Below are positions 56,752 to 64,000 of a DNA stretch of 64,000 bases, piece by piece. How positions within the stretch are numbered: the first letter of the stretch is position 1; each line of letters opens with the position of its first letter. The stretch is taken from NCBI GenBank assembly GCA_045644145.1, contig JAZRGK010000005.1, positions 20,451 to 84,450 of the forward strand, read 5' to 3'. Under the pieces are notes generated by a model. The model had not been told where the DNA came from. It saw nothing but the letters and a program-made list of their open reading frames with translations, and did no database searches. A program made the translations under genes and the position numbers. The DNA comes from Candidatus Flemingiibacterium sp. Lineage in GTDB: Bacteria > Bacillota > Clostridia > Oscillospirales > CAG-272.

Positions 56752-59718
56752 TTATTTGTCAGATTCGCTCTGCTGATTTGCCTTTGCTTCTCTGTCAGCA
56801 AGAGTCTCACCAAGCTCAAGCGTATCAAGCTCAAACTCTTTACGTTTTCTGGTTATTTCCTTATTTATATCATCAATATAACCAAGCATGCCTTCAACGG
56901 GATCGGCATGGTTATTATACGCATCAAGGAATGCGAAGCCTACATAACGGGCGATGATGTATCCACCGGGCATCTCGGGAATGGTAGCAAGATTGTTATA
57001 CTGTGCAAGAATGTTCTCGAGATCGGTGGTAGACCAAGGCAGAGATTCAAGAGCTTCTTTGTTTGCCGTAGCGTACATAGAACCCGGACCAACGATAGCA
57101 ATTTTCTCGTTAGCGTAGTTGGACTGTGTTTCAGCAGTGGTAAACCAGTCCATGTACTTCCAGGCATTTTCACGCTTTTCTTCATCGCATCCGCTCATCA
57201 TAATAACAGAGGTTACTGTTGAAATCGCTGTATTATTGATGTTGCCTTCCTCGTCCTCCATACCGATTACAGGAACAAACTCCCAAAGATCGCGTATTTC
57301 GGTCGCAAATACTGTAAGCTGATTGTACATCGTAATGTAGTCAGCAAATACCAGAGGCATTTCACCGGTTCTGAAGCGGTTTGCCGGATCATAGGTTACC
57401 GGGAAGGAGTACTGGGTGAAGTAAGAACACATAGTGTCGAAAGCTTCCAGTGCCAGGTTAGAGTCAAGGTTGATTCTCATACCATCATCAGCGTAGAGAT
57501 CGCCGCCCATCTGATAGAGGAATAGCTGAAGTCCGCCGATGTTTCCGGGAACGCCAACCTCCATGTTGTTATACTGAAGCACAGGAACAATTGACATAAG
57601 ATCGTCCCAAGTCTTGGGGATGTCAACCCCGAGATCAGCGAAAACGTCCTTGCGGTAGAATACCATGCTGAAGGTCTGAGTTTCAGGAAGACCGTATGTA
57701 GTACCGTACAGCGAAAGCGGAACGGTAGCAGACTCGGAGAATCTGGAAACCACCTCATCGAAGGTGTCGAAATCGTTAAGCGGAAGAACCGCATTACGAA
57801 TTGCGTACTGAACCGGTATAGTCTGCGCATTCTCCATCGCTACATCAGGACCCATACCTGCGAGAGTGGAGGGAAGCAGCGTACCTGCAGCAACAAGACG
57901 AAGGTTTACGCCAATGTTCTGAGTAGAGGTAAAGTAGTTATCGCAGAGAGCGCGAATAACCTGTGCGGAGTCGCGGTCACTCTGTGCCCAAACATCGATA
58001 ACAGCATCCTGACCGAGTTCAACTGTAGCACCGAGGTTGGAATAGTCAGTAACGAAAGACTTGAAGAAAGCGCTTATTTCAAAAGCAACCGCCTGGAAGA
58101 AGTTCGCTTCCGCCTTAGGCATCTTAGCGCCGGTGGGCTGAATTGAAATATAGTCAAATGAGAGAGGCTGGTTTCTTACATTATTAAGCCATGTACCGAG
58201 AGTACCGATGTAACTCTTAAGGGATCCAAGGTTTCTTGCAACTTCATCCTCGCTTGTAGCCATCTTTTTAAGTATACGGGCAATATTGTCAAGTGTCGCC
58301 GAGTTGTCACCCTTTTCGCCGCTGATCTCAACGAGCAGTCTGGAAATATCGGAAAGTTCAAGATACTGAGCATACAAATCTTTAATGGTATCGGGAATAA
58401 GCTTTCTGAAGTTGTAATCACGGTATTCATCAGGGTCAGCACCGGTAATCTGAAGAATCTTCAGATAGTCAGAGTTGATAGATGTAAGCACCGACTGAAC
58501 ACGTCCGATAATTCCGCTCATGTTTCCGAGAACGACTTCAAAACGAATCACATATTCCTTGCCTGCTTCAAAGTAGAAGTCAAAAGCACCTGCATCATTT
58601 CCAATGGGAGCAGTCTGCCACTCATCGGAGAAGTTAAACTGAAGAAAGTTTGCTTCTTCAAAGGGAATTTCACCGTTTATGTAAATACGGCGAGATGTGT
58701 ACATACCGGAAAGATCCGCCTGCTTGTAACGCGGAACGATCTGATACAGACCGGACACCTCGGGAGTGAAGGAATACTCAATCCACTGACCTACGCTCTG
58801 CCACTTTGTGCCACCTATGTAGTTAAGCTTGGACAGTGCCGGATCCTGCGGCTGAGTGATCGCAGAGGTTCTGTCGTTTGCGGGATAGATAGTACGGTCA
58901 GAGGTAGCATCGGTAAGTTCTGCCTGAAGAATTATAGGTTCAGCACCCTCAGCAGGCTTGTAGCCCTTCTTCTCATACTTTGCCGAAACCTCAGCATAAG
59001 TGGGAAGCTCCTCATAAGGATAAAGAGTAATGGTCTTAATGATCATCTCTTCACGGGTGGCTTCCAAAGAAATCGTGTGTTCGCCTTTTTCAAAAACGAA
59101 TTCAAAAGGATTGATATCGTAACCCGTAGAGTCGCATGCTGTATACTCGCACCACTCCGGAGCAATATACTTATGGGGTCTGATATCATTGCCTGCAAGG
59201 TCGGTCACAAACGACGCGGTACCGTCCTCAGCAATCACATATTCATCGTGCCACACTTTGGTCATAGAGAGGTATCTCGCGCCCTTGAACGGATACTCGC
59301 CATCAATGCGAAGTCTGCGCTCAATAGAGGTGGATTTACCGTCCTCAGGGAAGTTGTATTCGATCTTTAACGCATATTTTGCGGTGAAAGGGATCTCAAC
59401 ATTCCATGTCACAGTGCCGCTGTTCGGGGTATAAAGCCCACCGTCACGGACCTCAACGTCGGCGTCGGTCTCCTCTTTGTTGTAGTCAACTGCGTTTATA
59501 ACAATTGCTTTTTTAGCACGCGCTATATCGGCGTTTCTTGCCGCATAATCAGCATATATTTCAGCACTGAGAAGATCGCGCACGTCATCAATGTCGTAGC
59601 TGACGGTGGACGAAGCAGTTTCAGCTTCATTCGCAGTGGTTGTTACGCTGAATGCGGAACCGAGCATGAGCAATGATAAAAAAACAGCAGTTAACCGTGT
59701 TAGTCTGGTTTTTTTCAT
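56752..59718 (-). CDS. Very large extracellular solute-binding protein with N-terminal CBM-like modules
   Basis: The start is moved to MKKTRLTRLTAVFLSLLMLGSAF, with AGGAGGAAAGG upstream. Two similar modules are present (TWNVEIPFTAKYALKIEYNF...RRLRIDGEYPF and WIEYSFTPEVSGLYQIVPRYK...RRIYINGEIPF). The C-terminal ~450 aa resemble family-1 SBPs. Confidence 0.75.
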   Translation of the reverse strand: MKKTRLTRLTAVFLSLLMLGSAFSVTTTANEAETASSTVSYDIDDVRDLLSAEIYADYAARNADIARAKKAIVINAVDYNKEETDADVEVRDGGLYTPNSGTVTWNVEIPFTAKYALKIEYNFPEDGKSTSIERRLRIDGEYPFKGARYLSMTKVWHDEYVIAEDGTASFVTDLAGNDIRPHKYIAPEWCEYTACDSTGYDINPFEFVFEKGEHTISLEATREEMIIKTITLYPYEELPTYAEVSAKYEKKGYKPAEGAEPIILQAELTDATSDRTIYPANDRTSAITQPQDPALSKLNYIGGTKWQSVGQWIEYSFTPEVSGLYQIVPRYKQADLSGMYTSRRIYINGEIPFEEANFLQFNFSDEWQTAPIGNDAGAFDFYFEAGKEYVIRFEVVLGNMSGIIGRVQSVLTSINSDYLKILQITGADPDEYRDYNFRKLIPDTIKDLYAQYLELSDISRLLVEISGEKGDNSATLDNIARILKKMATSEDEVARNLGSLKSYIGTLGTWLNNVRNQPLSFDYISIQPTGAKMPKAEANFFQAVAFEISAFFKSFVTDYSNLGATVELGQDAVIDVWAQSDRDSAQVIRALCDNYFTSTQNIGVNLRLVAAGTLLPSTLAGMGPDVAMENAQTIPVQYAIRNAVLPLNDFDTFDEVVSRFSESATVPLSLYGTTYGLPETQTFSMVFYRKDVFADLGVDIPKTWDDLMSIVPVLQYNNMEVGVPGNIGGLQLFLYQMGGDLYADDGMRINLDSNLALEAFDTMCSYFTQYSFPVTYDPANRFRTGEMPLVFADYITMYNQLTVFATEIRDLWEFVPVIGMEDEEGNINNTAISTVTSVIMMSGCDEEKRENAWKYMDWFTTAETQSNYANEKIAIVGPGSMYATANKEALESLPWSTTDLENILAQYNNLATIPEMPGGYIIARYVGFAFLDAYNNHADPVEGMLGYIDDINKEITRKRKEFELDTLELGETLADREAKANQQSESDK

Positions 59719-60384
59719 TAACCTTTCCTCCTGCCAAGAATTACTTTTGAAGGGTATAGAATCGCATAAAAGCCCTGTGCCCCCTGCCAAATCTACCGTG
59801 GTATGCGTTCCGTCAAGCGTGGCAAAGTTATGTGAAACAGCACGCACGATGTCAAAAAAACGGCGGCACAAAGCCTTGAACTAACCGGTATTTCATCAAC
59901 TTTTGAGAATGTACACCGATTTTTTCATACCAATATAATAGCACAAGGTCAAGAAAAAGTCAAGAGCGGTATTATATGTATAGGTTTTTGAGCTTCTCGT
60001 CAAAACTCATACACGAGCCATTTGCAGGGTGTTCACATTTAAGTTTTTTCATTTTTCTCCCACCATCTCTTGTGAGTAACTAACAACGAAACAAACAATG
60101 TAAAAATTATTTACCATATTCACAAATTTATTTCGGCATTTACAGTATTTTATTTTGTTTGGTGACCTCACATCAAAAAACAGTAACTCCAAATTACCCG
60201 ATTTGCGTTTGCGCATCTCTTTCACTAACAGATATTGGCATCGTTTTTTAAGGCATTTTGTACAAAAAAAACACATTTTTTTCTACATCTATACAAATTG
60301 AACAAACCCTGTTTTTGCATCCCAGCTTTTTACATTTATGTATGTATTTGTGCTGTGATGCTAAAATCTCCTCTTTTACTGGAT

Positions 60385-60424
60385 AAAAATGAGCTGTTGC
60401 ACTGATGTGCAACAGCTCATTTTT
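60385..60424 (-). terminator. Terminator after nifU (bidirectional shape)
   Basis: aaaaatgagctgttgcac tgat gtgcaacagctcattttt. It overlaps the nifU stop codon. Confidence 0.8.
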
Positions 60425-60857
60425 ATCCATGATGTTTGGTGCATGTTGCGCAGTGTCCTGCACACCCCTTGCGGAGATCATGCTTGATGCCCTTTTTGTC
60501 ATAATAGTTTGCAATCGCTTCTTTGACTGCTTCCTCAGCAAGCACGGAGCAGTGTATCTTCTGAGGCGGAAGTCCGTCAAGTGCTTCAACAACTGCTTTA
60601 TTGGTAAGCTTAAGCGCTTCTTCTACAGTTTTCCCTTTAATAAGCTCCGTAGCCATAGATGAGGTAGCTATTGCGGCGCCACAACCAAAGGTTTTAAACT
60701 TAACGTCCTCTATAACCTCATTTTCGTTTATTTTGAGATACATTCTCATAATATCGCCGCAGGTTGCGTTTCCAACCTCGCCAACCGCATCTGCATTTTC
60801 AATTTCACCCACATTTCTCGGATTTGAGAAATGGTCCATTACTTTTTCACTGTACAT
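60423..60857 (-). CDS. nifU: Fe-S cluster assembly scaffold (NifU/IscU-like)
   Basis: MYSEKVMDHFSNPRNVGEIENADAVGEVGNATCGDIMRMYL...FKTFGCGAAIATSS...LPPQKIHCSVLA. Confidence 0.9.
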   Translation of the reverse strand: MYSEKVMDHFSNPRNVGEIENADAVGEVGNATCGDIMRMYLKINENEVIEDVKFKTFGCGAAIATSSMATELIKGKTVEEALKLTNKAVVEALDGLPPQKIHCSVLAEEAVKEAIANYYDKKGIKHDLRKGCAGHCATCTKHHG

Positions 60858-60887
60858 ATATCTATTCTCCTTAAGGAACAAGTTTGT

Positions 60888-62066
60888 TTATGCATTATAA
60901 AGGGGGCTCATCATACGAAGTCTTTCAACTATCGGAGGAAGCTTTTCGAGAATATAGTCGATATCCCCATCGGTAGTATCTCTGCCGATAGAAAGCCTGA
61001 GAGAACCGTGAGCCTGCTCAACGGGCACGCCTATGGTAAGCAGAACATGGGAAGGTTCAAGCGAAGCCGAGGAACATGCGGATCCGGTAGATGCGCAAAT
61101 ACCCGCCATATCAAGTAACAGAAGTAAGCTTTCGCCCTCAATGAATTCAAAGGAAACATTCACGTTTCCGGGAAGCCGTCCCTCTCTCGGGCCGTTAAGA
61201 CGTGTATTAGGTATCTTAAGTATCTCCTCAATAAGTCTGTCGCGCATTTTTTCCACGCGTCCATTCTCGCCTATACCCGAAACTGCATCTTCCAGAGCCT
61301 TTGCCATACCGACAATATACGGTACATTCTCAGTACCCCCGCGGCGGCTTCTTTCCTGGCCTCCGCCGTCAACAAGATTCAAAATCCGCACGCCATTTCG
61401 GATATACAGCGCCCCGATACCCTTAGGAGCATGTATTTTATGTCCGGACATCGAAAGCATGTCAACACCAAGCTCAGCCATATTGATTTCAACCGCACCT
61501 ACCGCCTGAACCGCATCGGTGAACACGAGCGTTTTGGGATTCTTGGCTTTAACAGCCGCCGTAATTTCGCGGATGGGCTCTATTGTGCCGATCTCATTGT
61601 TAGCAAACATCACTTCAACGAGAATTGTATCTTCGCGTACTGCCGCAGCTACAGATTCCGGCGAAATTCTCCCCACCTCATCTGTATCTAAATATGTCAC
61701 CTCAAAGCCCTCTTTTTCCAAGGACTCAAGCGCATGAAGCACTGCGTGATGCTCAATTTTAGTGGAGATTATGTGCTTTCCCCGTTTCTGCATTGCATGA
61801 GCCGCGCCTTTTATTGCCCAGTTATCAGCCTCAGAGCCACTTGCAGTAAAATATATCTCGTTCGGTTTTGCACCGAGGAGCGATGCCATCTTTTCGCGCG
61901 CTTCGGTTATCGCCGCCTTTGCGACTCTGCCTACGCTGTGCAAGCTTGACGGATTTCCGTATACATCCGTCAAATACGGGATCATTGCTTCGAATACAGC
62001 TTTTGACGTTGATGTGGTCGCCGCATTATCGGCATAAACCAATCTCTCTGCCATAATATTTGTCAT
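60888..62066 (-). CDS. nifS: Cysteine desulfurase (NifS-type)
   Basis: YADNAATT...[17 protein letters not shown] (PLP lysine)...STGSACSS (catalytic Cys loop). The start could be the second ATG (MAERL). Confidence 0.92.
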   Translation of the reverse strand: MTNIMAERLVYADNAATTSTSKAVFEAMIPYLTDVYGNPSSLHSVGRVAKAAITEAREKMASLLGAKPNEIYFTASGSEADNWAIKGAAHAMQKRGKHIISTKIEHHAVLHALESLEKEGFEVTYLDTDEVGRISPESVAAAVREDTILVEVMFANNEIGTIEPIREITAAVKAKNPKTLVFTDAVQAVGAVEINMAELGVDMLSMSGHKIHAPKGIGALYIRNGVRILNLVDGGGQERSRRGGTENVPYIVGMAKALEDAVSGIGENGRVEKMRDRLIEEILKIPNTRLNGPREGRLPGNVNVSFEFIEGESLLLLLDMAGICASTGSACSSASLEPSHVLLTIGVPVEQAHGSLRLSIGRDTTDGDIDYILEKLPPIVERLRMMSPLYNA

Positions 62067-62194
62067 CCTTTCGCTTTTGAAAGATAATAGTTATAAATTC
62101 ACACGGCTTTTATCACCGCATACATATTGTATACCATTTTGGTGCAGATTTCAATATCTGCGCCGCACTTTTCTTGTAAACAATTCGTGAACAG

Positions 62195-62632
62195 TTATCT
62201 GAACCTTTCCGCCTGCATGCAAGCAAGTTCGTCACACCGTTCGTTGTATGGATGTCCGGCATGACCTTTGACCCACACAAAGCTTACTTTGTGCACAGCA
62301 AGCAGCCCAAGTAAGCGCTCCCACAAATCGGGATTCAGCGCCGGGCTTTTATCGGATTTCACCCATCCGCGCTTTTTCCAACCGTATACCCATCCTTTTT
62401 CAATGGAATCTATCACATACTTTGAATCCGAGGTAAGCGTAACCTCACAAGGCTCCTTTAAAGCCTCAAGTGCGCTTATCACCGCCGTAAGCTCCATACG
62501 GTTGTTGGTGGTATTCGCCTCACCGCCTGACAGCACTTTTTCAATTCCCTTAAAAACTATAATACTCCCCCAACCGCCTGGACCGGGATTATGCTTGCAG
62601 GCACCGTCGGTGTAAATATCTACATGCTTCAT
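62195..62632 (-). CDS. rnhA: Ribonuclease HI
   Basis: [17 protein letters not shown]...[10 protein letters not shown]...SDSKYV...[18 protein letters not shown]. Confidence 0.92.
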   Translation of the reverse strand: MKHVDIYTDGACKHNPGPGGWGSIIVFKGIEKVLSGGEANTTNNRMELTAVISALEALKEPCEVTLTSDSKYVIDSIEKGWVYGWKKRGWVKSDKSPALNPDLWERLLGLLAVHKVSFVWVKGHAGHPYNERCDELACMQAERFR

Positions 62633-62644
62633 TTTTAAGCTCCG

Positions 62645-63343
62645 TTACATGCGTATTCCGGTTTCGTCGTATCTATCCTCAAAAAGCTCTGCACCGCCAT
62701 CCATGATGAGGCGGATATAGTCCGAAACCGATGTGAGCCGCTCTTTTGAATATACGCCGCCAAGACGTTGACGCATACCAACATGATTGTCAGAGCCGGC
62801 AGTTGTTTTCAAATCATACTCCCTTGCGTACCACTCAGCACGCCGGTTATATTCAGGTGGCATGGATGTGTTATTGATTTCCACAGCATCCACATGCCGC
62901 GGAAGCAGTCTTATATGATCAATGTAGTCAGCCTCGCGGAACGGATGGGCGTGAACAACCATGCCTCCCGACTCATGTACCAAATCAAGATAATCACGCA
63001 GCTTCAGCGAAAGCTGATCTGAGTTTTCATGCAGCCATTCTTCATCAAGACCGTATATAAGGAAATCATTCCCCTTGATGGAATACTCGAACCCAAAGAA
63101 AACATCAAGACCGATCTTATCCCCTTCCGCCTTTGCATTTCTGTATCCGAGCATGAAGGTTTCCACCCATTCGTCCCAAGAAAGTGTTCGAGGAACAGCC
63201 GTATTTCCGTTATAAAAGTGATCGGTAATAAAAACTCCCGTATAACCGAGGGATTTATAAAATCTTGCAAGCGAAGCTCCGTCGATATGTGAGCACTTGC
63301 TCGTCTCAGAAGTATGACTGTGTGTTTCGTATTTATAAAGCAT
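62645..63343 (-). CDS. PHP-domain metal-dependent phosphoesterase
   Basis: The start is set at MLYKYETHSHTSETSKCS, with VHAHPFRE and GSDNH further on. Confidence 0.75.
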   Translation of the reverse strand: MLYKYETHSHTSETSKCSHIDGASLARFYKSLGYTGVFITDHFYNGNTAVPRTLSWDEWVETFMLGYRNAKAEGDKIGLDVFFGFEYSIKGNDFLIYGLDEEWLHENSDQLSLKLRDYLDLVHESGGMVVHAHPFREADYIDHIRLLPRHVDAVEINNTSMPPEYNRRAEWYAREYDLKTTAGSDNHVGMRQRLGGVYSKERLTSVSDYIRLIMDGGAELFEDRYDETGIRM

Positions 63344-63554
63344 CTCATCCACCTCGGTACATATAAATTGCCTGAATAATACCGTATGAAACCACACTTA
63401 TATTATTATACCACACTTTTCCGTTTTTTTCAAACATTTATATAAGTTTAAAATGAAAATTCTTTGCCCGATATCACACGATATTTATGTAAAATGCCCA
63501 CATTCTGTGTTTTTTCACTTTGTTCACCGAATAAAGCTTTTGAAAATGTGCAAA

Positions 63555-63584
63555 GAGAGGGACTTTTGTTGAAAAGTCCCTCTC
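63555..63584 (-). terminator. Terminator after FGAM synthase
   Basis: gagagggactttt gttg aaaagtccctctc, 15 nt after the stop at 63599. Confidence 0.6.
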
Positions 63585-63598
63585 CGATAATATACACA

Positions 63599-64000
63599 TT
63601 ATTTAAAATACTTGACGCCGGACTCGAAGATCTTCTGATCCTTGTCCCCTTCAATGTTCACAGCCACATTTCTGCCGATACGCTCGCTGTGTCCCATCTT
63701 TCCGAGAATACGTCCGTCGGGGCTGAGAATACCCTCGATAGCGTATGCGGAACCGTTGGGGTTGTAGCGGATGTCCATGGTGGGATTGCCGTCCATATCA
63801 ACGTACTGGGTTGCGATCTGACCGTTTGCCGCAAGGCTTCTGATCACATCCTCGCTTGCCCAGAAGCGGCCCTCACCGTGGGATATCGGAATAGAATGTA
63901 CGTCACCCTCATTTACTCCCATAAGCCAAGGTGACTTAACGGAAGAAATTCTTGTGCGAACCATCATGGACTGATGACGTCCGATAGCGTTGAATGTAAG
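63599..64000 (-). CDS. purL: Phosphoribosylformylglycinamidine synthase, C-terminal glutaminase end (5' part outside window)
   Basis: ...IPISHGEGRFWASEDVIRSLAANGQIATQYVDMDGNPTMDIRYNPNGSAYAIEGILSPDGRILGKMGHSER... The frame stays open to the window edge. Confidence 0.85.
   Translation of the reverse strand, partial: LTFNAIGRHQSMMVRTRISSVKSPWLMGVNEGDVHSIPISHGEGRFWASEDVIRSLAANGQIATQYVDMDGNPTMDIRYNPNGSAYAIEGILSPDGRILGKMGHSERIGRNVAVNIEGDKDQKIFESGVKYFK

Noticed and set aside
59972-60052. 26-codon minus-strand ORF MKKLKCEHPANGSCMSFDEKLKNLYI with a GGGAGAAAA RBS, upstream of the SBP operon promoter
   Set aside because: It is too short to evaluate from the sequence alone, has no conserved motif that I know, and lies in a 700-bp AT-rich intergenic region where such ORFs arise by chance. 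It is worth a look only if Ribo-seq data exist.
60049-60592. 75-aa and 114-aa minus-strand ORFs in or near the nifU 3' flank
   Set aside because: The sequence is AT-rich and intergenic, or overlaps the nifU coding frame and its terminator. The products are K/F/C-rich and low-complexity, with no RBS.
1-64000. CRISPR arrays, rRNA genes, IS-element transposases, prophage structural genes
   Set aside because: I scanned the intergenic regions and the ORF list. I saw no regularly spaced repeats, no rRNA-like sequence, no DDE or IS200-type transposase, and no capsid, portal, terminase or tail genes.

Overview
The window looks like chromosomal DNA from a Gram-positive anaerobe, probably a Clostridia or Oscillospiraceae/Ruminococcaceae-like organism. 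That placement is inferred from gene content, GGAGG-type ribosome-binding sites, a dockerin-like module and a rbfA-nrnA-truB cluster. Most of it is ordinary, densely packed housekeeping or accessory-metabolic sequence. This includes the end of an exopolysaccharide locus (1-2.9 kb), an NfeD/flotillin pair, fba, an acyl-ACP thioesterase and a tRNA-Ser. It also includes a GldG/DUF4340 ABC exporter, pgeF-truB-nrnA-rbfA, an aconitase-family enzyme, PepF and a MATE pump. Further right are a five-gene Na+-translocating biotin decarboxylase operon, an ECF S-component with a kinase, a seven-gene roughly 12 kb sugar ABC/NHL-Yip1 operon, nifS-nifU, rnhA and the 3' end of FGAM synthase. The exception is roughly 3.4-14.4 kb, which reads as an integrated mobilizable island. 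It carries a large serine recombinase at its right end, MobC plus a MOB relaxase, a decayed toxin with an intact antitoxin, a low-GC AAA+/DUF4143 ATPase, and an intact two-gene operon. That operon is the most interesting signal in the window. It encodes a 1020-aa protein with every hallmark motif of the eukaryotic-type RdRP / phage YonO family of single-subunit two-barrel RNA polymerases, including a GGADFDGD catalytic loop. This gene is translationally coupled (ATGA overlap) to a 285-aa protein I cannot assign to any family. No phage structural genes are nearby. All calls come from reading the translations and the DNA by eye. No database search, HMM, structure prediction or composition statistic was run.
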